Source of the DNA: Candidatus Dormiibacterota bacterium
GTDB taxonomy: Bacteria; Chloroflexota; Dormibacteria; Aeolococcales; Aeolococcaceae
DNA length: 64,000 bases
Assembly: GCA_963708605.1 (NCBI GenBank)
Contig: CAVPTG010000007.1
Location: 193,988-257,987, forward strand
Direction: 5' to 3'
Shown here: in pieces, positions 27,963 through 36,603 of the stretch
Layout of the letters: every line of letters begins with the position of its first letter
Numbering within the stretch: position 1 is the first letter of the stretch
Translations under genes and position numbers: made by a program
Notes under the pieces: model-generated
The model's database searches: none
What the model was told of the DNA's origin: nothing
Seen by the model: only the letters and a program-made list of their open reading frames with translations

Positions 27963-28642
27963 GCGATCCGACCGGGACCCTCGCCGTCGTCGCAACGCCG
28001 ATCGGCAACCTCGAGGACATCACGGTGCGCGCGCTCCGCGTGCTGCGCGAATGCGACGCAGTGATCGCCGAGGATTCGCGCCGCACCAAGGTGCTGCTCA
28101 GCGCACACGACATCCACAAGCCGGTGCTGTCCCTTCCCGCATTCGACGAGCGGCGTCGCGTGCCGCAGCTCATCGAACGGCTCGAGCGCGGGGACACTCT
28201 CGCGCTCTGCACGGATGCGGGGACGCCTGTCCTCAGCGACCCCGGGGCACTGCTGGTGCGCGCCGCGCTCGACAGCGGCTACCGCGTGACGCCGATTCCG
28301 GGAGCGTCGGCCATCACCGCAGCGCTGGCATCGAGCGGTTTCCCGGCAAGCGCGTTCTGCTTTCTCGGATTCCTGCCGCGCACGGCGGGGAAGCTCCTGC
28401 GCGTGCTCGAGGAGGCGCTGCGCGAGGATCGCACCATCGCATTCTTCGAGTCGCCGATGCGCATCACCAAGACGCTCCGGCTGGCGACGCCGGTCCTCGG
28501 TGAGCGACCGCTCGTGGTCGCGCGCGAGCTGACCAAGCTCCACGAGACGCTGCACCGCGGCACCGCGGCATCACTCGTCGAGGAGTTCACCGCGCGGCCG
28601 CCGCGCGGTGAGTGCACCGTCGTGGTCGGAGCACTGCGATGA
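27959..28642 (+). CDS. rsmI: 16S rRNA (cytidine1402-2'-O)-methyltransferase
   Basis: ATG 27959 (inside track ORF 27710..28642) overlaps the nadE stop. 'LAVVATPIGNLEDITVRALRVLRECDAVIAEDSR', 'DAGTPVLSDPG' and 'PGASA'. Confidence 0.9.
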   Translation: MSDPTGTLAVVATPIGNLEDITVRALRVLRECDAVIAEDSRRTKVLLSAHDIHKPVLSLPAFDERRRVPQLIERLERGDTLALCTDAGTPVLSDPGALLVRAALDSGYRVTPIPGASAITAALASSGFPASAFCFLGFLPRTAGKLLRVLEEALREDRTIAFFESPMRITKTLRLATPVLGERPLVVARELTKLHETLHRGTAASLVEEFTARPPRGECTVVVGALR

Positions 28643-29457
28643 GCGAGCACCTGCCGCCGCTCGTCGACACGCACTGTCACCTGGTCCTGCTCGAGGAACG
28701 AGGCTTGCTCGATGAGGCGCTCGAGGGAGCGCTCGCCGCGGGCGTCGACGAGATCGTCTCGGTCGGGCTGAATCTCGAGGACTCGGATCACAATCGGCGG
28801 ATCGCGGAGGCGCACGACGGCGTCTACTTCACGTGCGGCTGGCATCCTCATGAGAAGGCAGCGCCGGACGCAGCGCAGCGCGACGCGCTGGCCGAGCTGC
28901 TCCGCCATCCGAGGGCGGTCGCGGTGGGGGAGATCGGGCTCGATCTGTTCTTCCGTCCCGGATACCATGAGGTCCCGCTGGACGTGCAGCAGCGTTCGTT
29001 TCGCATGATGCTCGAGCTCGCAGGGGACGCCGGCAAGCCGGTGCTCATCCACGACCGCGACGCGCACGACGAGGTGCTTGCGGCCGTCGCCGGCGTCCCC
29101 GGCAGCAGGGGCGTGATGCACTGCTTCAGTGGCGACGCCGCCTTTGCGCGGCGATGCGCGGACGTTGGCTTCATCGCCTCGTTCTCAGGCATCATTACCT
29201 TCCCGCGGTCCGAGGGCATTCAGGACGCCGCGCGCGCGGTCGCGGACGACGGCTATGTGGTCGAGACCGACTCGCCATTTCTCAGCCCGGTGCCCGAGCG
29301 CGGCAAGCCGAACCTTCCGGAGCGAGTCGCGATCACCGCGGCAGCGGTGGCTCGCCTCCGTGGGATATCGGAAGCAGCGGTGCGCGCCGCCACGACGGCC
29401 ACCGCCCATCGCGTCCTCGGGCTCACCGTGCCCAGCGCGGCCGCGACGCGTGACTGA
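28639..29457 (+). CDS. tatD: TatD-family metal-dependent hydrolase
   Basis: ATG 28639 overlaps the rsmI stop. 'LVDTHCHL', 'GEIGLD', 'PVLIHDRDAHDE', 'GVMHCFSG' and 'ETDSPFL'. Confidence 0.85.
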   Translation: MSEHLPPLVDTHCHLVLLEERGLLDEALEGALAAGVDEIVSVGLNLEDSDHNRRIAEAHDGVYFTCGWHPHEKAAPDAAQRDALAELLRHPRAVAVGEIGLDLFFRPGYHEVPLDVQQRSFRMMLELAGDAGKPVLIHDRDAHDEVLAAVAGVPGSRGVMHCFSGDAAFARRCADVGFIASFSGIITFPRSEGIQDAARAVADDGYVVETDSPFLSPVPERGKPNLPERVAITAAAVARLRGISEAAVRAATTATAHRVLGLTVPSAAATRD

Positions 29458-30334
29458 CGCTGCGCGCGCCGAGCGAGGCCGCCATCCCCTCGACCTCACC
29501 GACCCCAGGACGCTCACCGCGGTCGGGCGTCGTGTCGGGTTACGCAGGGATACGAGCCTCGGGCAGCACTTTCTCATCGACCGCGACGTGCTCGACGCGA
29601 TCGTCGATGCCCTCGACCCGTCACCGGACAGCGAGGTCCTGGAGATCGGTTGTGGGCTCGGAACCCTCACGGGCGCGCTCGCGGCACGCGCCCACCGCGT
29701 GGTAGCGATCGACATCGACCCGGCGTGCGTCGCGGGAACCGAGATGACCCAGCGCGGGAATGCCAACGTCACCGTGCTCGAGGCGGATGCCCGCACGGTG
29801 GATCCGGCGGCCCTGGGGTTCACCACCGGGTGGCTGGCCACCGGCAACCTTCCCTACCAGCTCACCGGGCTCGTGCTGATGCGACTGGTCGAGGCCGACG
29901 ACCCGCCCGCCCGCGCCGTCGTCCTCGTTCAGCGCGAAGTCGCAGCCCGGCTGGCCGCCGGTCCTGGCGACTGGAGCCTCGCGACCGTCGCGATGCGCAG
30001 CCTCGCGGAGGTGGAGCGAATCCGCGACGTGCCGCCGGAGGCCTTTGATCCACCCCCGGCGGTGCACTCGTCGATCATCAGGATCGTGCCGTCGGCGAAG
30101 TCCGACCCGGCGACCCGGGCGTCGGTGCTCGCCCTCGCCAGGCCGCTCTTCCAGTCGCGCCGGAAGACGCTCCGCAACGGCGTCTCGCGTGCGCTCGGTG
30201 GCGACGTTTCCAGCGCAGGGGTCGCCCTGGACGAGGCAGGCATCGATCCGGGGCGCCGGCCGGGTACGCTTGCCCTCGATGAGTGGGAGCTCCTCGCTCG
30301 CGCAGTCGCGGAGGTGAGGTTGGTCACGCGATGA
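29450..30334 (+). CDS. rsmA: 16S rRNA (adenine1518/1519-N6)-dimethyltransferase
   Basis: GTG 29450 inside track ORF 29129..30334. 'LGQHFLIDRDVLDAIVDAL', 'VLEIGCGLGTLT', 'NLPYQLT' and 'VPPEAFDPPPAVHSSI'. Confidence 0.85.
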   Translation: MTDAARAERGRHPLDLTDPRTLTAVGRRVGLRRDTSLGQHFLIDRDVLDAIVDALDPSPDSEVLEIGCGLGTLTGALAARAHRVVAIDIDPACVAGTEMTQRGNANVTVLEADARTVDPAALGFTTGWLATGNLPYQLTGLVLMRLVEADDPPARAVVLVQREVAARLAAGPGDWSLATVAMRSLAEVERIRDVPPEAFDPPPAVHSSIIRIVPSAKSDPATRASVLALARPLFQSRRKTLRNGVSRALGGDVSSAGVALDEAGIDPGRRPGTLALDEWELLARAVAEVRLVTR

Positions 30335-31731
30335 GGCAGCCCGTCACACGCGCCACCATCGAGCCCGATGACGGCACCGCGGTGGCGCCGCTCCATGCCG
30401 CACGCCCGGCCATGGCCGGGGCGCCGGAACAGCGCAAGGGGTTTGCCGCAGTCCTGCGCCGCCGCGACTTCCGCTACCTGTGGCTGGCACAGCTGCTCTC
30501 GCAGCTCGCCGACAAGTTCCTCATGTTCACGCTGCTCGTCTTCATGTACACGCTGACGCAGCGCGCGTCGCTGCAATCGGTGCTGATGATCGCGTACACG
30601 CTGCCGAGCGTTCTGCTCAGCGCGCCCGCAGGCGTCTACGCGGACAGGCACGACAAGCGCGCGTTGATGATCGGCACCAACGTCGCCCGCGCGGGTCTCA
30701 TCCTGCTCATCCCGCTTGCGCAGTTGTTCCCGGGATTGCGCGGTCAGGCGTGGCCGCTCATCGTGATCACGCTCCTGTTCAGCTCGGCGGGACAGATCTT
30801 CGCGCCGGCAGAAGCCGCGAGCATCCCGACACTGGTCACGCGCCAGCAGATCACCGAGGCGACATCCCTCTTCATGACCACGGTCATCCTGACCCTGGTG
30901 CTCGGTGTGCCGGCGGCGACGATCGCCATCGGCTTCTTCGGCAACCAGGCACCCTTCTACATCGCCACCGGCCTGTTCGCAATCGCAGCGCTCTCGGTCT
31001 GGAGAGTTCGTGTCAGCCTGCGTGCTGAGCAGGCGCCGAGCGGCCCGACGCAGAACATCCTTCGCGAGCTGCGCGACGGGATCGACATCCTCCGCAATAG
31101 CCCACCACTCCGCCTCGGGCTCTATCAGCTCACGCTGGCGATCGTCGTGGTGTTCACCATCTTCGCCCTGGGGCCGGTGTATCTCGTTGAAGTGCTGCAG
31201 CGGTCGGACACCGAGACCTACATCGTGCTGGTGCCGGCGATGTTCGGGCTGATCGGCACGGCGGCGCTGCTCGGTCAGCGAGCGAGCTTCCCGCGCGCCA
31301 AGACCCTGGTCGCGGCCATCAGTGGCGCGGGCCTGTCCCTGCTCATCATGGGCATCGTTCCCGACGTGCTTCGCACCCACGGCCTCCCCGGGCTGATGGT
31401 CCCGCTCGCCGTCGCTGTGGGAGTGCTCTTCGGATGCGCGCTGGGCGCAATGCTCATCCCCGGATTCACCGTGTTGCAGGAACGCACCGACACGGAGAGC
31501 CGCGGGCGCATCTTCGGCGGCATCTTCACGGTGATCAACGCGGCGGTGGCGATACCGCTGCTGCTTGCCGGCGTGATCTCCGACATTATCGGTGTGGCTC
31601 GCGTGGTCGCTGCACTTGGCGCGATCCTGATCATCATCGCCGCGGCGGTCCGATGGTTCGGCTGGCAACGCCTTCAGGTGCTCGAGCCGGACCCCATTCC
31701 TACGCTCGTCGGGAGCACCGACCAGGCCTGA
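30331..31731 (+). CDS. MFS transporter
   Basis: ATG 30331 (inside track ORF 30283..31731) overlaps the rsmA stop. About 12 hydrophobic helices. 'FRYLWLAQLLSQLADKF' and 'GVYADRHDKRALMIG' (MFS loop 2-3 motif). Confidence 0.8.
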   Translation: MRQPVTRATIEPDDGTAVAPLHAARPAMAGAPEQRKGFAAVLRRRDFRYLWLAQLLSQLADKFLMFTLLVFMYTLTQRASLQSVLMIAYTLPSVLLSAPAGVYADRHDKRALMIGTNVARAGLILLIPLAQLFPGLRGQAWPLIVITLLFSSAGQIFAPAEAASIPTLVTRQQITEATSLFMTTVILTLVLGVPAATIAIGFFGNQAPFYIATGLFAIAALSVWRVRVSLRAEQAPSGPTQNILRELRDGIDILRNSPPLRLGLYQLTLAIVVVFTIFALGPVYLVEVLQRSDTETYIVLVPAMFGLIGTAALLGQRASFPRAKTLVAAISGAGLSLLIMGIVPDVLRTHGLPGLMVPLAVAVGVLFGCALGAMLIPGFTVLQERTDTESRGRIFGGIFTVINAAVAIPLLLAGVISDIIGVARVVAALGAILIIIAAAVRWFGWQRLQVLEPDPIPTLVGSTDQA

Positions 31732-31843
31732 TCGCAAATCTGCAACGACGGTGTCGCGGAGCGGTGGATTGGGCGGCCCGCTGCACCCCGGTGGGAAGCT
31801 CCGATGCCTTGCGGATCGGACAGGCCGGCCCGGCGGAGGAGTG

Positions 31844-32035
31844 ATGCGAGCGGTCGTGACGTGTGAGTGCTGCGGACACCGGCAGGCAATAGCCCGCCAG
31901 ATCGTCCGGCCCGAATCGTTCAACCTCGTGTGCCACAGCTGCGAGGGCGTGCTGCGTGTCGAGGTGACCATGGGCGACCTCAAGGCAGCTCAGCACTCGA
32001 CGGGCATGAAGACGCAGCCGGTCGCCCGGGCCTGA
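31844..32035 (+). CDS. hypothetical small zinc-ribbon-like protein (CxxC...CxxC)
   Basis: ATG 31844 (inside track ORF 31751..32035) lies 3 nt after GGAGGA. 63 aa with 'CECCGH...(20)...CHSCEG'. Confidence 0.45.
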   Translation: MRAVVTCECCGHRQAIARQIVRPESFNLVCHSCEGVLRVEVTMGDLKAAQHSTGMKTQPVARA

Positions 32036-32104
32036 TCGGACCGGGGGAGGGGCGTCGAGGCACTGGTATCATCGAGGGCGCTCACGCTTGCCGGTGCGAG
32101 CCAC

Positions 32105-32181
32105 GGGCGCATAGCTCAGTTGGTACGAGCGCTGCGTTGACATCGCAGAGGTCATAGGTTCGATCCCTATTGCGCCCACCA
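32105..32181 (+). tRNA. tRNA-Val (anticodon GAC), CCA encoded
   Basis: 77 nt fold by hand. Acceptor gggcgca/tgcgccc; D arm gctc/gagc; anticodon stem ctgcg/cgcag with loop ttGACat. T arm atagg-ttcgatc-cctat, discriminator a, then cca. Confidence 0.9.
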
Positions 32182-32182
32182 C
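32137..32182 (+). repeat. direct repeat copy 1 (3' 46 nt of tRNA-Val; att-like)
   Basis: Matches 33894..33939 at 44 of 46 positions by manual alignment. A shared 13-mer 'ccagccggttcca' follows at 32192..32204. Confidence 0.8.
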
Positions 32183-32544
32183 CGGCACAACCCAGCCGGT
32201 TCCAACTTCCGATCCGAGCGCTTCGAGATTGGCCGGTCGTTACCCAGCTGCTGGATCGCAGCCCGCGCGTCGGGATTCATACCCGCGTTCAGACTGTTTG
32301 GGCATCGCCACGCCGAGATTGCGACACGCATCGACATCGCCGCGGTCGCCATCCATCACCAATGACCGTCGGCGCGATCGGCGATCTCGATCTCTCGTAC
32401 CCGCCACCGCTCGGGAGCCTGTGGGACGCGAGCCAGGCCCGCAGCCAAGCTTGGGTTCGCGTGCTGCACGCGCCGTAGCCGAATCGGTCGGCAGTCGAGT
32501 GACTCGCTCGGCGGGAAGCTTCAAGTCTGCGTCTGACCGAGTCG

Positions 32545-33307
32545 TCACGTGCGCGGACCGGCTGGCTTGACTGCTTGGATGATGGCCGAATGCAACCCGC
32601 GGGCTGCTGAGTGAGTTCTTGGTGACATTGATAGCAGTGAACCCGGCGGCCAAAAGCAGGTCGCGATACTGCAACTCGGTGAGGCTCACACACCCTACCC
32701 ACTCTTCGGGCGCGTCCGACTTGGTGGAGTCGGTGCCGCCATCGGCGATGACGTCGCTGATGCCGAGACGCCCGCCGGGTCGCAGCACGCGGTGCGCCTC
32801 GGTTAGCACCCGCGGCTTGTCCGCCGACAGGCAGACGACGCAATTGGAGATGACTACGTCCACGTGCTGGTCGGGGAGAGGGATGGCCTCGATATCGCCT
32901 TGCAGAAAGACCGCGTTCGCGACACCGGCGGCGTCCGCGTTGGCGCGTGCGAGAGCGAGCATGTCCGTGCTGGCATCCAGTCCGTAGGCGATTCCGTCCG
33001 GGCCGACCCGCTGAGCCGAGAGCAGGACATCGAGGCCGCCGCCGGAGCCGAGGTCGAGCACAGTCTCTCCGGCATTGAGGCCGGCCACGGCCACAGGGTT
33101 GCCGCAGCCGAGGCTGGCACGCAGTGCAGCCTCAAGGGCGCCGTCGGCGTCTGAGTACGCGGCGGCGCCGAAGCAGCTGTCGGCGACAGAGTCTGTGTCG
33201 TCGTCAGTGATGTCGCCACCGGCCAGGGCGATTCGGGCCAGCCCGGAATACCGGTCGATGACGGCATCGCGTGTGTTGCCGGGATCGCCCGTTTGATTGC
33301 CGGACAT
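32545..33307 (-). pseudogene. arsM: arsenite S-adenosylmethionine methyltransferase, interrupted by a +1 frameshift near 32623
   Basis: ATG 33307 (inside track ORF 32240..33409). 'VIDRYSGLA', Cys-rich 'SCFGAAAY..LGCGNPVA', SAM motif 'VLDLGSGGGLDV' and 'VISNCVVCLSADK'. After '...AAGFTAINV' the typical end 'PRTHSAARGLHSAIIQAVKPAGPRT*' is in the next frame, with its stop at 32547-32545. Total 763 nt = 3n+1. Confidence 0.75.
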
Positions 33308-33669
33308 CAGCGCGCTCCTTTGTTGCTGTGCTTTTCGGATGGCACCGAAGTTGCGGGAACGGGGCGACCCATAACAACGTCGGCCGCGGTGGGGAAGCAG
33401 TCCACGCACGCGTCGTTGATGCGGTAGTAGGTCGATGTGCCGCGCTGCTCCGCGAGCACGAACCGCACGTCAGCGAGCACCCTAAGGTGGGCCGAGACGG
33501 TGGACTGGCCGACGTCGACGGTGTCGACGATCTCCCCAACGCTCATCGGGATTCCGTGCCGGGCGAGCAGCGAAACGATCTGGATCCTGGTGGCGTCGGC
33601 AAGTGCCTTGAACCACGTGGCGTATTCGGCGGCTGTCGCGCGGTCAAGCGGCCGATCCGACTCTTTCAT
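33307..33669 (-). CDS. arsR: ArsR/SmtB-family metalloregulatory repressor
   Basis: 120 aa with the wHTH 'FKALADATRIQIVSLLARHGIPMSVGEIVDTVDVGQSTVSAHLRVL'. Its stop shares one base with the arsM ATG. Confidence 0.85.
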   Translation of the reverse strand: MKESDRPLDRATAAEYATWFKALADATRIQIVSLLARHGIPMSVGEIVDTVDVGQSTVSAHLRVLADVRFVLAEQRGTSTYYRINDACVDCFPTAADVVMGRPVPATSVPSEKHSNKGAR

Positions 33670-33893
33670 CGGCCATCGACGATAAACGATGAACGCCGAA
33701 AAGGCAAGAAGGGGAGCCCGAGGATCAGTTTCCGTTCACGTGCATGCGACAACTCGACACGGTCACCGATCACAGATTCCAGCGCCCTACAGCGACCTCC
33801 TAAGGAGCAAGAAGAGCTGCTGCTGGGGAAGTATGGAGGCGCTTGACGTGACCCGCGATCTCAAGCCACTCTCTCAAGACGTTTAGCCGCACA

Positions 33894-33939
33894 TTGACAT
33901 CGCAGAGGTCATAGCCTCGATCCCTATTGCGCCCACCAC
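33894..33939 (+). repeat. direct repeat copy 2: degenerate 3' fragment of tRNA-Val, followed by a T6 run
   Basis: 'ttgacatcgcagaggtcatagcctcgatccctattgcgcccaccac'. Two substitutions disrupt the T stem/loop. T6 lies at 33943-33948, and the 13-mer 'ccagccggttcca' at 33958..33970. Confidence 0.8.
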
Positions 33940-34023
33940 AGGTTTTTTGAATACACACCAGCCGGTTCCAGCACTCGAGGAACCACGCGACATCCGATGC
34001 CCGCGCTCGCGCGGAGCGTCAGG

Positions 34024-34509
34024 TTAGCGCGGCTCTGCTGACTTCCCCGCTGAGGGGTCGAGCCTCAGCTCCATAGCGTCCATCGGCCGTCGACGCGTGG
34101 ACAGAAGCGTGACTGCGAGTGCCACGCAGAACGGTACCGCGACCAGCGGCCGGCCCGACAGTGGGTCCAACTGGGCCGTGGACGACCAACCCCACTCTCG
34201 GACTGAGAGGACCGTTGCGACGACCAGGCTTAGCGATGCAACGGCGACCAGCGCTCGACCAAACCACCCGCGCCAATGCAGAAAGGCGATCATGCCTCCG
34301 ACCCCGGCAGCGATCGGTGCACTCCACAGCACCTGATCAGGCCACTCCCAGTGCAGCAACAAGTTCAACCAGGAAGGCGCTCCGGACATCCCGGAAATTT
34401 GGACCGCAAGCTCGGTCAGCCTGGCCAACTGCACGATACCGAATAGCGCTGTGACGGCTGCCAGCGCCAGCACAAGCCAGCGGCGCTCGGCATCCACCGT
34501 TTCGGGCAT
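34024..34509 (-). CDS. hypothetical membrane protein (4-5 TM helices)
   Basis: 161-aa track ORF, hydrophobic and Trp-rich. Third-position G/C bias is visibly weaker than in core genes, suggesting foreign origin. Confidence 0.55.
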   Translation of the reverse strand: MPETVDAERRWLVLALAAVTALFGIVQLARLTELAVQISGMSGAPSWLNLLLHWEWPDQVLWSAPIAAGVGGMIAFLHWRGWFGRALVAVASLSLVVATVLSVREWGWSSTAQLDPLSGRPLVAVPFCVALAVTLLSTRRRPMDAMELRLDPSAGKSAEPR

Positions 34510-34591
34510 TTCCCGTCAACTCTCTGTCGAGATCGGACGAACCTCTCGCCGTCCGACGGCGCGGCTTTGGTCGATCACCCCAGCATGGTAG

Positions 34592-35260
34592 ACGGCCGAA
34601 GGTAACGTCGCGCACGTCGATCCCGACGGGGTGCTCGCCGATGACAACCGTGCTCACGAGCGCCGCTGGTTCGCCTGCGAGCAGACCTATGGGGGCGTGT
34701 TCATCCTCCGGGGGGAGCTCGACGCCGAGGGTGGCGCGCTGGTGAAGACCGCGATCGACGCGCTCAGTCAGGGGATGGCCCGGGACGAGACCCGGACCGG
34801 CTCGCAGCGCCGGGCCGACGCGCTGGTCGAGCTGGCCGCCACCCAGCTGCGCTGCGGGGACCACCGCGACGTGCACGGCCAGCGCCCCCATCTCACCCTC
34901 ACGGTGAGCGCAGATACACTCCGGGGTGACCCCGATGGCTGGCCGGCCGAGTTGCGCGGGCTGGGACCGATCCATCCCGAGACCGCCCGGCGCATCGCCT
35001 GTGATGCGGTCCTGACGGTGGTGGCGGTGGCGCCGCCGGCTGCGGGTTCGGGGTGGACCGGCAGCCGCCCGCCGGTCCTGCCGCTCGCGGTCGGACGGGG
35101 CACGCGCACCATCCCGGCCCACCTCCGCACCGCGCTCACCCTGCGCGACCAGGGGTGCCGGTTTCCGGGCTGCGACCGGCCCCCGGCGTGGACCGACGGC
35201 CACCACATCATCCACTGGCCGGACGGTCCCACCGAGCTCGGCAACCTCGTGCTCCGTTAG
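34592..35260 (+). pseudogene. DUF222/HNH endonuclease (13E12-repeat type) fragment, truncated at both ends
   Basis: Frame is open from 34592 and the first ~150-200 aa of the family are missing. Typical 'ILRGELDAEGGALVKTAIDAL', 'RRADALVELA', 'LRTALTLRDQGCRFPGCDRPPAWTDGHHIIHW'. Ends prematurely at 'GNLVLR*', before the 'LC..HH' half of the HNH motif. Confidence 0.75.
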
Positions 35261-35464
35261 TACAACCCCTTCCGGGGGTCGTGGCCACCCTAGGGCCACT
35301 GGAGGGCGGTTACCCTAGCCGGCGCACCGACGACGGTACGCAGTCGCGAAACAACGGCCTGATGGCTGTCGATGTCGACGAGCGGCTCGGCAGGGTCATT
35401 CAAGCCGAAGCGCGACACATCGTGACCAACGGCCCTTGGCCGCAACTGTGCGGGGGAGCACCAT

Positions 35465-35815
35465 GTGAACATGAACGGCGAAAAGCGCAAATCAACGAAC
35501 TGGGGCAAGGTGCTGCGCCAGCTTCTGGTCGTGGTCCTCATCGGCTGGGCTGTGGCGACTGAGCTACGCAAGCCTGCGGCAGAGCGCACCTGGCACGGAA
35601 AGCTGGCCGAGCGGCTGCCTTACGATCTCCGCCGGCCGAGCCTGGCTCGCGTGCGCGAACGGCTGTGGAACCCGGCCGACCGGCACATCCTGGTCCCCAC
35701 CGTCTTCGGGGTCGGTTGGACGATCAACTTCGGGCGACTGCTCATGCCCTGGAAGGCAGAGCTCGCCCTCCCTGACGAGTACGCTGATCCGCCCGGGGTG
35801 ATGGACGGCGACTAG
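35465..35815 (+). CDS. small membrane protein with DUF5808-like 'FGVGWTINF' motif
   Basis: GTG 35465 lies 6 nt after GGGGGAG (alternative ATG 35471). 116 aa with one TM helix 'VLRQLLVVVLIGWAVA'. The family call is from memory only. Confidence 0.5.
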   Translation: MNMNGEKRKSTNWGKVLRQLLVVVLIGWAVATELRKPAAERTWHGKLAERLPYDLRRPSLARVRERLWNPADRHILVPTVFGVGWTINFGRLLMPWKAELALPDEYADPPGVMDGD

Positions 35816-35821
35816 GCAGCG

Positions 35822-36274
35822 GTGACCAAGTCGGAACCTGAACTCACGGTCCGCCGTCTCACGGCCACCGACGGGGATCTTGCGGTGATCGTGGCGCAGA
35901 TTGCCGCCGCTCGAATGGACATCGGCGAGCAGATCTCCCTCCAATCACTCAACAACTTCCTGGTCGACACCCGCAACGTCTATCTGGTGGCGCACATCGG
36001 CGGTCAGCTCGCGGGGGCTCTGCACGCTGTCCACTACGTGCACCCCAGCGGCCACACATACGTCTACGTCGATGAGCTGGACACTGACGAGGCCTTCCGG
36101 CGGCTCGGCGTGGCCACGCGCCTGATGCGCGCGATGAGTGACATCGCCCGCGAGATGGGTGCAGACGCAGCCTGGCTAGGAGCGGACGAGGGGAACGACC
36201 CAGCTCACGCCCTGTACCGAAAGCTCGGCCCCGACGAAATCGACCCCGGAGTGATTTACACCTATCGGGTGTGA
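35822..36274 (+). CDS. GNAT N-acetyltransferase, AAC(3)-I-like
   Basis: 150 aa. Aligns by eye with AAC(3)-Ia over most of its length: 'LAGALHAV' vs 'VVGALAAY', 'VYVDELDTDEAFRRLGVATRLM' vs '[22 protein letters not shown]', and 'GNDPAHALYRKLG' vs 'GDDPAVALYTKLG'. Confidence 0.6.
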   Translation: MTKSEPELTVRRLTATDGDLAVIVAQIAAARMDIGEQISLQSLNNFLVDTRNVYLVAHIGGQLAGALHAVHYVHPSGHTYVYVDELDTDEAFRRLGVATRLMRAMSDIAREMGADAAWLGADEGNDPAHALYRKLGPDEIDPGVIYTYRV

Positions 36275-36355
36275 CCACGAGAGGAGGGAACAGCGGCCCG
36301 CGTTCGCCGGACACACCTGACGGGGCCCTGTCGGCCACCCCAATGGCTGCGGTGA

Positions 36356-36541
36356 CTCTCGTCCCAGCCTACAGTGTGGATTGAGGGGCATCACGTTCTG
36401 CTCTGGGCGCACCGCGGCGACACGAATCTCGACAATCTGGTCTCGTTGTGCCGGACGCACCACCGCCGAGTGCAAGAGCAGGGCTGGCGCATCCACATCG
36501 CTGACGGCGTTGCCGTCGTCGAGCCGCCTCCTGAATCGTAG
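36356..36541 (+). pseudogene. HNH endonuclease C-terminal remnant (second, different DUF222-HNH copy)
   Basis: Not a track ORF frame. Manual translation gives '..TVWIEGHHVLLWAHRGDTNLDNLVSLCRTHHRRVQEQGWRIHIADG...*' with TAG at 36539-36541. No start codon and no N-terminal part. Confidence 0.65.
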
Positions 36542-36603
36542 ACATACGCTCGACGACCCCAATCCCGCGGTCAGCCGACGCTTGCTGGCTCCTGGCGCCG
36601 GGT

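Larger units (their letters stand above)
32183..33893. mobile_element. ~1.7-kb integrase-less islet (arsR-arsM) bounded by the duplicated tRNA-Val 3' half
   Basis: An intact tRNA at the left and a degenerate 3'-half copy at the right is the attL/attR pattern of tRNA-targeted integration. No integrase-like ORF is seen in any frame inside. Confidence 0.4.

Noticed and set aside
32183-32544. Searched the spacer between tRNA-Val and arsM for an integrase or excisionase remnant
   Set aside because: All six frames give only short or low-complexity products, such as the read-through tail of frameshifted arsM. No R..H..R..Y-type or HTH motifs were recognisable by eye. A profile search is still needed.
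33689-33886. 65-aa plus-strand ORF in the arsR upstream region
   Set aside because: It has low third-position G/C, no SD and no homology. It lies in the arsR promoter/att-scar spacer, which also contains a small palindrome catcg-N8-cgatg (~33673-33690) that may be the ArsR operator.
35279-35300. 'gggccactgg' resembling a cobalamin-riboswitch B12 box, and a possible terminal inverted repeat 'gtggccaccctagggccac' at the HNH truncation point
   Set aside because: No other cobalamin-riboswitch core elements lie nearby. The matching sequence at the other boundary (36330-36350) shares only an 8-mer (ggccaccc), which is expected by chance in GC-rich DNA.
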